61,344 nt of DNA from Minisyncoccia bacterium (GTDB lineage: Bacteria > Patescibacteriota > Minisyncoccia > Moranbacterales > GCA-2747515). The position numbers and the translations under genes were made by a program. The DNA is taken from contig JBGSQF010000013.1 in the NCBI GenBank assembly GCA_041738235.1, positions 1 to 61,344 on the forward strand, read 5' to 3'. This document shows, one piece after another, positions 27,757 through 36,224 of this stretch. How positions within the stretch are numbered: position 1 is the first letter of the stretch; each line of letters opens with the position of its first letter. The notes under the pieces were generated by a model. That model was given only the letters and a program-made list of their open reading frames with translations. It did no database searches and was not told the DNA's origin.

Positions 27757-28739
27757 AAAGTGACGTTTCAATCATAATTGTTAATTATGCCTCAAAGGAG
27801 GATACATTTAAGTGTATCCAAAAGATCAAAGAATATACATCTAAAATCTCCTATGAGATCATTGTTGTTGATAATGCTTCAAGGGAGGACATTGGTACGG
27901 AACTGGTCAAAAAGTATCCAGATGTGATTTTTCTCCAAATGTCTTACAATGCAGGATTTGCTCGGGCAAACAATAGAGGTATTGAGATTTCAGGAGGGAG
28001 GTATGTTTTGCTGCTCAATCCAGACGCATTTATTACTGCAAATTCTGTGGACAGATGTGTCCAAAAGATGGATGCCTATCCCGATATTGTTGCGTCCGGT
28101 TGTCAGCTATTAAATTTGGATGGCAGTAAGCAGTTCTCTGGTGGCTATTTTGAACGAGGGAGACGCTGGATTGTGGAGGTTCCATATTGGAGAAGAGTTG
28201 CCAAGCCGGTGTTTGATCTATTTATAAAGGAGAAACAGCTTGATCCGGATCGTGTAGATTGGATAATAGGGGCTTTTCTTTTGGTCAGAAAGGACCCCCT
28301 GAAAAGAGTTGGGTTATTTGATGAAGATTTCTTTCTCTATGCTGAAGAAATTGAGTTATGTTCTCGTCTTAAGAAGTTTGGTAGGGTGGTTATATTTCGA
28401 GATGTCCAAGTATATCACGTTATGGGCGGATCTTCGAGCTATGCATTTGGGACTGATTGTGTTAATCTATGGGACAGGCGTGAGCGGCAACGTATTCTTT
28501 CTGTTCTTGTTTGGCTTAGAAAACAGTACGGCGTTCCATGGTTTTTGATCTCGCTTAGTTGTTTTATTTTTGCTATTCCATTCTATGCATGTGGAAACAT
28601 TCTTGATGTTCTAAGGGGCAGGCAGACTATTTCCCGGGCATTGTATAAAACTGGTAACTATATCTTAAATTGTTTTGTTTGGCTCTCTTATCTGAGGAGA
28701 ATTATTTCCAATAAACCTTATTTCTATAAAACATTATGA
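27753..28739 (+). CDS. family 2 glycosyltransferase with C-terminal TM helices
   Basis: VSIIIVNYASKEDTFKCI...IIVVDNASRED and LLNPDA. ATG 27753 overlaps the preceding stop (ATGA). Confidence 0.85.
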   Translation: MKSDVSIIIVNYASKEDTFKCIQKIKEYTSKISYEIIVVDNASREDIGTELVKKYPDVIFLQMSYNAGFARANNRGIEISGGRYVLLLNPDAFITANSVDRCVQKMDAYPDIVASGCQLLNLDGSKQFSGGYFERGRRWIVEVPYWRRVAKPVFDLFIKEKQLDPDRVDWIIGAFLLVRKDPLKRVGLFDEDFFLYAEEIELCSRLKKFGRVVIFRDVQVYHVMGGSSSYAFGTDCVNLWDRRERQRILSVLVWLRKQYGVPWFLISLSCFIFAIPFYACGNILDVLRGRQTISRALYKTGNYILNCFVWLSYLRRIISNKPYFYKTL

Positions 28740-30019
28740 GCGATGAAGTTAAACTTATAGCTTTTTATCTGCCACAATTTCATACAATCCCTGAAAATGA
28801 TAAATGGTGGGGAGAAGGGTTTACGGAATGGACGAATGTTCGAAAGGCAAAACCTCTTTTTGATGGTCATTATCAACCTCATGTTCCACACAGTGATATT
28901 GGATATTATAACCTTCGTAACATTGAGACTCAGAAACAGCAGGCAAAAACTGCTCAAAAGTATGGCATTTATGGTTTTTGTTACTATCACTATTGGTTTG
29001 GCGGCAAGAAACTTCTTGAAACGCCATTACAAAATGTCTTACAGCATCCAGAGATCGATCTCCCATTCTGTATATGTTGGGCAAATGAGAATTGGACTAG
29101 GAAATGGGATGGGGCTGAAAAGAAGATTCTCATTGCGCAAAAGCACAGCCCTGAAGATGACTTGGCATTTATTAAGGACGTTATGCCAGCATTAAAAGAT
29201 AGTCGATATATTTTCGTGGATGGCAAGCCTCTTCTTGTGGTTTATCGTCCAGCTTTATTTCCTGATTTCAAGGAAACCGCGAAAATTTGGAGGGCAGAAG
29301 TAAAAAAGAATGGTTTTCCGGGTTTGCATATTGCCCGAGTTGAAAATTTTGATAATGGCGTAGCCCCAGAAAAATTTGGATGTGATATTAATATAGACTT
29401 TTCTCCCGATTTTGATCTTGGTGAGTCGATAAGGTCAAAAAAACCCGCTACTTTTTCCTATGATGATTTGGTGGTGCGGAAGTTATCAAAAATTCGTCCA
29501 TACTCGTTTGTACAGAGTGTTTGTCCTTCCTGGGATAACGCTGCAAGGCGTCAGGATGGGGGTGGTTTTACCTTTGTTCACTCTTCACCAGAAAAATATG
29601 AGTATTGGTTGAAGCATTCAATTAAAAAAACACTTATTGAGGGTGGGCGCTCGGATCATAATATGATTTTTATCAATGCTTGGAATGAGTGGGGGGAGGG
29701 TGCACATTTGGAGCCAGACGAGAAGTATGGCTATGCTTATTTAGAAGCAACAAAAAAAGCTATCCATGATGCTCAAATGGAGGTAAAATCGGGTTTTGTT
29801 TTAGAACAAAAGATATTTAAAGAATTTGGTTCTTTGCTTTTAGAGCGAGGAAAGAATCTCGATGAAATAGCAAGATTAAGTTATGTATTGGAACAAAGAG
29901 AGCAGGAATTAAACCTGATGCGATCGTCGAAGTTTTGGAAAATGCGTGAGGCATGGGAGGGTGTAAAATGGCTGGTGAGAAATCCCCTGAAGTGGACAAA
30001 AAAACATATTCTAAAATAG
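28736..30019 (+). CDS. WbsX-like glycosyltransferase/GH99-like protein with coiled coil and SSKFWKMR tail
   Basis: LIAFYLPQFHTIPENDKWWGEGFTEWTNV is the family signature (PF14307-like). Tail RSSKFWKMREAWEGVKW...*. ATGA overlap with the upstream gene. Confidence 0.8.
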   Translation: MSDEVKLIAFYLPQFHTIPENDKWWGEGFTEWTNVRKAKPLFDGHYQPHVPHSDIGYYNLRNIETQKQQAKTAQKYGIYGFCYYHYWFGGKKLLETPLQNVLQHPEIDLPFCICWANENWTRKWDGAEKKILIAQKHSPEDDLAFIKDVMPALKDSRYIFVDGKPLLVVYRPALFPDFKETAKIWRAEVKKNGFPGLHIARVENFDNGVAPEKFGCDINIDFSPDFDLGESIRSKKPATFSYDDLVVRKLSKIRPYSFVQSVCPSWDNAARRQDGGGFTFVHSSPEKYEYWLKHSIKKTLIEGGRSDHNMIFINAWNEWGEGAHLEPDEKYGYAYLEATKKAIHDAQMEVKSGFVLEQKIFKEFGSLLLERGKNLDEIARLSYVLEQREQELNLMRSSKFWKMREAWEGVKWLVRNPLKWTKKHILK

Positions 30020-30168
30020 TCATGAAATTGATCGATCGATGTTTCTTACATTATACTTGCGCATATTGAAGTTGTGTGGGAGTTGTTGTGAAAAGGTGGA
30101 GAAGTTATAATTTTTTTGGGTTGTTAGTTGTATTACCTCCCTGACCTGATAGTAGGTTATGAAGATCT

Positions 30169-30197
30169 TATTTTGGGAATTTTCATTGTGCTATAAT
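30169..30197 (+). promoter_or_regulatory. possible extended -10 promoter inside the island
   Basis: TGcTATAAT at 30189-30197 with a poor -35. 15 nt upstream of TTG 30212, implying a very short leader. Confidence 0.35.
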
Positions 30198-30211
30198 AAA
30201 AAAGGTTACTA

Positions 30212-32428
30212 TTGGATAAAGAAATAGCTGTGTTAAAGGTTATACAGAAAGTGCGATATATCGTACGGTCGTCTTGGGCAACATTCCAGAATGAAGGAAT
30301 AATAAGACTTTTTCTTCGTGCGTTCTCTTTCCTTGTTTATGGAAAGGGTGTTTTAAATGTGCGAGAATATGAAAAAAGAAGGAAAGACTTCGATGCATTG
30401 CATGGGATTACTTTGTCGGATGCCATACATTGTCTTAGTGGCGCTGAGGGGGAGGACTACACTAAAGAAAGGTGGAAATTTAGGATGGTTGATATTGTTA
30501 TTCCAATTTACAATGGAATGCAATTTCTGCCTGCTTTATTTGAGAGTGTACTAAAAAATTCCGATATTCCCCATAGGCTAATAGTTGTAGATGATGCAAG
30601 TTCTGATGTTAATGTTTGGCCGTTTTTAGAGGAGATGAAGGAAAAATTTGGTGAGGAAAGAATGATCCTGCTAAAAAATAAAAAAAATTTAGGCTTTGTT
30701 GAAACTGTCAATAAGGCGGTTGGTTATACCAAAAACCATTTTGTTCTACTCAATTCTGATACAGAAGTTCCGAGAGAGTGGCTCTCTCGTTTAATGTTGC
30801 CCATTTTTGAAAATAAAAATATAGCGAGCGTTACACCGTTTTCTAATTCGGCAACTATTTTCAGTTTTCCTATCCCCCAACAGGATAATGATCTATTAAC
30901 TGGGTATTCTTTGAGTGAGATCGATGCGGCTTTTCGTCTCGTGTCAGGTTCGAGGAATAGAATAGCCGTCCCAACTGGGATGGGCTTTTGTATGGGGATA
31001 AACAAAGAAGTAGCTAACGAAATAGGAATGTTCGATGCTGAGAAATTTGGTAGGGGATTTGCTGAAGAAAACGATTGGTGTCAGAGAGCTATCAAGAGGG
31101 GATATAGAAATATAGTAGCGCCAAATGTTTTTGTTTATCACAAACATTGCGCTTCTTTCGATAGTGAAGAAAAGAAACAACTGATCGAAAAAAATCTAAA
31201 GACACTGACGGAAACGTATCCTGGTTATCATAAAGATGTACATGACTTTATAGTAAAAGATCCATTTAAGAAGATACGGGATATTGTTTTGTTTCTCATC
31301 TTGGCAAATCCGAAAAATGAACCAGATCGTCCCATATTGGTCTTTAACCATCTTTTAGGAGGAGGATCAGCTGATTTTATGACAAGAGATATGCAGAATC
31401 GGGTTCAGAGGGGTGCTCAAATATTGGAAGTTTCTTATGATGCACGCAGAAGTGAATATTTTCTCGCTTTTTATTCGGGACCCCATACGATTCGTTATAG
31501 GTTTTCTGATTGGAAAGAATTCGATGATCTTTTTCAGTATTTTGCAATTCAGAAGGTGGAAGTAAACCATATTATTTCATTTAAATATCCCTTGGAGACA
31601 ATCTCCTGGATCGATAGGGTTCGTAGAAATAGAGGTGTTCCTGTAAAATTATACTTACATGACTACTATGCGATATGTCCGAATTACACCTTGGTAAATG
31701 AACTTGGTTCTTACTGTGGTATACCGAATCTTCCAAATGAGCTATCAAGATGTACCACGTGTTTATCTAAGACAAGAACACAGTACACTTTATATACCCC
31801 AGGGAAGGTAGATATCATGCAATGGCGCAAGACTTGGGGACATTTTCTGCTCAATCTGGATGAAATAGTTTGTTTTTCTGAGTCATCAAAAAATATCTTA
31901 TTACGAGCGTATCCGCAACTTACCTCTCGGAGTCTCATAGTTCGCCCACATGAAGTGAATTATCTTGATGAGATTTGGAAGGGACCACGTCGTAGAAATT
32001 CGAATGAACCTTTGAACGTGGGTGTTTTGGGGGGGATCAACTTTGTGAAAGGAGCATCTCTGTTGAAGGAACTTGCTTTAATTATCAAGAAGGGAGAAAT
32101 AAACATGCAAATAGTCATTATTGGAGAATATGTGGAAAAACAGAAGCACAAAAATATTACGGTAACGGGGAAATTTCAACTTAAGGACATTGCTCATCTT
32201 ACAAAAAAATACAAGATTGATATTTTCTTTATTCCTTCGATCTGGCCTGAAACATTTTCTTTTACTGCAGAAGAGGTTATGCAGATGGGATATCCTTTAA
32301 TCGTATTTGATATTGGTGCCCCAGCCGAGAGAGTAAGAAGATATAAAAGGGGGATCATTGTCTCTGAGGTTAGTGCTCAGTTGGCCTATAAGGCACTTCA
32401 AAAATATAATGAAAAGTTAAAAATATGA
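30212..32428 (+). CDS. two-domain glycosyltransferase (N-terminal GT2 plus C-terminal GT-B/GT4-like)
   Basis: GT2 part: VDIVIPIYNGMQFL...LIVVDDASSD, NSDTEV. GT-B part: VGVLGGINFVKGASLL..., PSIWPETFSFTAEEVMQMGYPLIVFDIGA. TTG start, 738 aa. Confidence 0.8.
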   Translation: MDKEIAVLKVIQKVRYIVRSSWATFQNEGIIRLFLRAFSFLVYGKGVLNVREYEKRRKDFDALHGITLSDAIHCLSGAEGEDYTKERWKFRMVDIVIPIYNGMQFLPALFESVLKNSDIPHRLIVVDDASSDVNVWPFLEEMKEKFGEERMILLKNKKNLGFVETVNKAVGYTKNHFVLLNSDTEVPREWLSRLMLPIFENKNIASVTPFSNSATIFSFPIPQQDNDLLTGYSLSEIDAAFRLVSGSRNRIAVPTGMGFCMGINKEVANEIGMFDAEKFGRGFAEENDWCQRAIKRGYRNIVAPNVFVYHKHCASFDSEEKKQLIEKNLKTLTETYPGYHKDVHDFIVKDPFKKIRDIVLFLILANPKNEPDRPILVFNHLLGGGSADFMTRDMQNRVQRGAQILEVSYDARRSEYFLAFYSGPHTIRYRFSDWKEFDDLFQYFAIQKVEVNHIISFKYPLETISWIDRVRRNRGVPVKLYLHDYYAICPNYTLVNELGSYCGIPNLPNELSRCTTCLSKTRTQYTLYTPGKVDIMQWRKTWGHFLLNLDEIVCFSESSKNILLRAYPQLTSRSLIVRPHEVNYLDEIWKGPRRRNSNEPLNVGVLGGINFVKGASLLKELALIIKKGEINMQIVIIGEYVEKQKHKNITVTGKFQLKDIAHLTKKYKIDIFFIPSIWPETFSFTAEEVMQMGYPLIVFDIGAPAERVRRYKRGIIVSEVSAQLAYKALQKYNEKLKI

Positions 32429-34515
32429 CGAAAAAAATGACGTTTCTCCTTTTTATAGCGATGTTCTTTTTTCCGGTAAAGGCGTTTGCTTTGACTTTGG
32501 AAGTGCCTTCTCAGTACGGTTCTATCAAGGATGCGGTGAAAGCGGCTTCGGTTGGTGATCGGATAGAGGTTGCTCCTGGGACGTACTATGGGAACATTGA
32601 AATAAGAAAGAACATCGAGTTGGTCTCTACTGGGGGCTCATCTCAGACGATCCTCGATGGTCAAAATTCCGGTTCGGTAGTTCGTTTTGCTAATGCGCAG
32701 TTCGATGGCGTAACTGTTCCAAGAATTGCAGGGTTCACGATTCGTGGGGGAAACAGTGTCGAGGGACAAGGGGGAGGGATCACATTACAGACTACTGATG
32801 TGATTATTGAGGATAATATTATAACAAGCAATAACTCTAAGATGGATGGTGGTGGGATATTGATAAATCAGGATTCCCAAGCTATCCTTCGACGTAATTC
32901 AATAGTGTCAAATACCGCTAAGCGGTTTGGTGGTGGAATCTTCATCGTGGGTGCTTCACATCCTCTCTTGTATGAAAATACGATCTCAAATAACAGCGCT
33001 CAGGGAGCGGTGGTTTCGGCTGGCGGACCAAGTGGAGGGGGTATATTCGTTGACGGAAATTCTTCTCCACAGATCGTGAATAATCTTATTGAGGACAATG
33101 AAGCGGAATTTGCTGGTGGAGGAATTTCTTTGCGAGTCGGATCAGCTTCTGTTGTTGAAGGGAATACTATCTCTAGGAACAAGTCAGCGTATGGTGGAGG
33201 GTTGCATATAGAAACGGAAGGCACTGGTCCAAAGATCACTTCAAACACGATAACAAATAATCAGGCAAATTTGATCCCCAAATATTCTGGATCGGGATAT
33301 GGTGGGGGTATTTCCATTTACAATAGATCTACCCCAATAATATCTGATAACACAATATCAGAGAACTTTGCTGCGCAAGGAGGTGGTGGAATAGTAAGTA
33401 GTGAAAATGCAGACTCTGTTGTTACAGGGAACACTATTTCTAATAATTCAACGACAACATCTTCCGGTTACTATGAAGGGGGTGGTATTTATGTGGCAAG
33501 TTCCACCATGAGAATCAATAATAATGCAATTTATCTTAATGGGGCGAGGTTGGGGGGTGGAGTCGCGCTTTTAGACGGTGCAATTGTTACAATACAAAAC
33601 AATACCATTGTGAAGAATATCTCCCCGTATACCCCAGAAAGACCTTCGGGAGGGGGTATATTTGTTCGGAGTCTTGCGACGAGTGCGAATATAGTGAACA
33701 ACATTATAACGCAGAATCAAGAGTATCAGATCTTTGAAGAAACAAAGCGAGCATCTTTTCGTTTTAATATGGTCAATAATGATAGTCGCGGAATATATTA
33801 TAATTGGAACTCAGGAGCTATAACCAATATTGCCAATCTAGATGCTAGTAGTTTGATTGATGCATCGGATAACTTTAGTGGGATTGAATCATTTCAAAAT
33901 CCTACTGGGAATGATTTCCGTCTTACAATGTTGTCTGAAGCTATTGATAAATCGGGTATTGCCACTCTTTCTAGCTATGACCGTAGAGGATTCTTTCGTA
34001 CGGGAACCAAGCCTGATGTCGGAGCGTATGAATATACTACGGCATCCAGTAGTCCATCATTGGTATATCGTTTCTGGAGTGATACGTATAAGCACCATTT
34101 TTTTACCATATCAAAAAGTGAGAGAGATCAGATAATGAGTACCTATAAAAATAAAGAATGGAGATATGAAGGGATAGCTTTTCGTGCGTATACACTAACT
34201 GATTGTTCTTCTGAGAGAGTATATCGTTTTTGGAGTGATACATACCGTGGGCATTTCTATACTATATCTTCAGCCGAAAAGAACTTAGTTATAAGCTCTT
34301 ACCCTGATAATGTATGGCGTTACGAAGGAGAGGCTTATTGTGCAAAATCTTCAAGTTCTGTAAATGCAGTGCCTCTATATCGTTTTTGGAGTGACACGTA
34401 CAATGGACACTTCTACACCGCGAGCTCTGCGGAAAAGAATTTTATAATCCAGAACTATCCTAGTAATATTTGGCGGTATGAACAAGTCGGATATTATGTT
34501 TATCCAGAGGTATAA
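32425..34515 (+). CDS. secreted right-handed parallel beta-helix (PbH1) repeat protein with three C-terminal YRFWSDTY..HFYT modules
   Basis: Signal peptide MTKKMTFLLFIAMFFFPVKAFA. Many ~22-aa turns with GGGI and N..I..N. ATGA overlap with the upstream GT. Confidence 0.8.
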   Translation: MTKKMTFLLFIAMFFFPVKAFALTLEVPSQYGSIKDAVKAASVGDRIEVAPGTYYGNIEIRKNIELVSTGGSSQTILDGQNSGSVVRFANAQFDGVTVPRIAGFTIRGGNSVEGQGGGITLQTTDVIIEDNIITSNNSKMDGGGILINQDSQAILRRNSIVSNTAKRFGGGIFIVGASHPLLYENTISNNSAQGAVVSAGGPSGGGIFVDGNSSPQIVNNLIEDNEAEFAGGGISLRVGSASVVEGNTISRNKSAYGGGLHIETEGTGPKITSNTITNNQANLIPKYSGSGYGGGISIYNRSTPIISDNTISENFAAQGGGGIVSSENADSVVTGNTISNNSTTTSSGYYEGGGIYVASSTMRINNNAIYLNGARLGGGVALLDGAIVTIQNNTIVKNISPYTPERPSGGGIFVRSLATSANIVNNIITQNQEYQIFEETKRASFRFNMVNNDSRGIYYNWNSGAITNIANLDASSLIDASDNFSGIESFQNPTGNDFRLTMLSEAIDKSGIATLSSYDRRGFFRTGTKPDVGAYEYTTASSSPSLVYRFWSDTYKHHFFTISKSERDQIMSTYKNKEWRYEGIAFRAYTLTDCSSERVYRFWSDTYRGHFYTISSAEKNLVISSYPDNVWRYEGEAYCAKSSSSVNAVPLYRFWSDTYNGHFYTASSAEKNFIIQNYPSNIWRYEQVGYYVYPEV
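34060..34512 (+). repeat. three tandem ~47-50 aa protein modules (DUF5648-like)
   Basis: The three modules are LVYRFWSDTYKHHFFTISKSE..WRYEGIAF, RVYRFWSDTYRGHFYTISSAE..WRYEGEAY and PLYRFWSDTYNGHFYTASSAE..WRYEQVGY. Confidence 0.7.
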
Positions 34516-34658
34516 GCGAAGTTTTCGTGGATCTAGCTGAGCTGTCAATGCAAAAGGGTTCGCAGTCAATAATGATGTCGTTTTGGGACTGTTGTACCCA
34601 TCTCGTTCTGTAGGAGTACCCTGTACAAATCAAGGTGCAGAGATGATGTAATAGAATT

Positions 34659-36026
34659 ATGAAGAAGAATGTGAACAGGGAATCTTTATTTTCGCAACTA
34701 ATTTTATTTTTGAGGAGGGCTGACCTTTTTTATTTTTCTGTCTTAGGAGTTCTTTTTTTTGTTATTTTTAGGGCAAATATTTTGGTACCGCTTGTCAATG
34801 AGGACTTTGATCTCAACGCATTCGGTAAAACGACAACTCAGCTATTTGATGCTTGTGTTCACCAGTATCTTGGGTGGAATGCTAGAATTGGGGATATTTT
34901 ATCCTTGATTCTGAGTACTATCCCAATCGATATTTACAATACTTTTAATGCAGTTGCTACGTTGCTTTTTATATTGGTAATGGTATATATCGCAAAGATT
35001 CCTTTGAACAGGGTTTCAAAAATAGCTCGGGTAAATGCGGTGATCACAGCTTTCTTTTTGCTTGTATTTCTTGTGTATAGACCTGGGGAAGTTTTTTTGT
35101 GGAGAACGGGTTCTGCAAATTATTTCTATCCAGCTCTTTTTATCTTACTTTTTTCTATACCGTGGGTTCATTTGTTTTTTAACGGGAGGGATGTCTTTTC
35201 TGAAATAAAGACACGTTTATTAAGGAATGCGGGATCTTTACTATATATTGTTACGGGTATTGTTATTGGTCACGCAAATGAGAATAGCTCGCCTGTCATA
35301 GCTTTATTTTTGGTGATAAATCTAACCGTTCAGTTTTTGAGGCGTGAAAAAATTAGGTTTTGGATGATCGGGTCGTTTGTTAGTCTTTCTATTGGAGTAA
35401 TTCTTTTATTATTTGGACCCAGTACGCAACATCGTATAGAATTTTACTCGAACGTATTTGGTGTTTCATCCTCACCGGTAAGTCTATTTCTTGATAATGT
35501 TATCAGTGTTACATACTCGTTCTTGCACTTTGGGGTCTATGTTTTTGTACTCATGGTGTTTACATATTTTTTGGTAAAATCAAAATCGAAAAAAATCTTT
35601 TTGCGGTTTTCCATTCTTTATTTTCTTCTGGCTTTATTTTGTGCATTTATTCTGGCTGCAGCGCCTTACCAGGAGCCTAGAGCATACTTTATATCTTCTG
35701 TATTTCTTATATTGGGCGTGATCCATTGTTTGTATTATTTGCAGGATTATGAAAAAGAAGTGTTATTTTTAACGGGTATTGTTATTATTTTTTATTCCCC
35801 ATTCCTTTTGGGTGAATATGGAAATATGCAAAAGAGGCATTATTGGCAATTAGAGCGAATTCGTGTTATTGAGGAATCATTGGATGATACTGGAAATATA
35901 CTGATCCCTAAAATGCCAATGACCTCATCACAGCTGGTTCTTGTGGGTGGGACTGAAGATGAGTCCATAAGAATGAGTCGTTACTTTCACCTATCTCAGG
36001 ACAGAAGGGTGTTAATTGAAAAATAA
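34659..36026 (+). CDS. polytopic membrane protein (about 12 TM), candidate GT-C-type transferase, polymerase or ligase
   Basis: 455 aa, hydrophobic throughout with one larger loop. Last gene of the glycan island. No family recognised with confidence. Confidence 0.55.
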   Translation: MKKNVNRESLFSQLILFLRRADLFYFSVLGVLFFVIFRANILVPLVNEDFDLNAFGKTTTQLFDACVHQYLGWNARIGDILSLILSTIPIDIYNTFNAVATLLFILVMVYIAKIPLNRVSKIARVNAVITAFFLLVFLVYRPGEVFLWRTGSANYFYPALFILLFSIPWVHLFFNGRDVFSEIKTRLLRNAGSLLYIVTGIVIGHANENSSPVIALFLVINLTVQFLRREKIRFWMIGSFVSLSIGVILLLFGPSTQHRIEFYSNVFGVSSSPVSLFLDNVISVTYSFLHFGVYVFVLMVFTYFLVKSKSKKIFLRFSILYFLLALFCAFILAAAPYQEPRAYFISSVFLILGVIHCLYYLQDYEKEVLFLTGIVIIFYSPFLLGEYGNMQKRHYWQLERIRVIEESLDDTGNILIPKMPMTSSQLVLVGGTEDESIRMSRYFHLSQDRRVLIEK

Positions 36027-36224
36027 GCGTTAACAAGATAGGACGATTCGCATTATTATTTTATTGTATAACCGTATATAATTTTTTTTAATAGTCTATT
36101 TTGAGCTTCTTTCAAACGGTTCTTCTAAAAAGGATTATTTTAATTTTAGTAGGTTTCTGGGATGTCTAAAGTGCTTGCCTTACTCTTTTTTCGTGGTATA
36201 CTGGGGAAATTGAAGGTTATAGGG

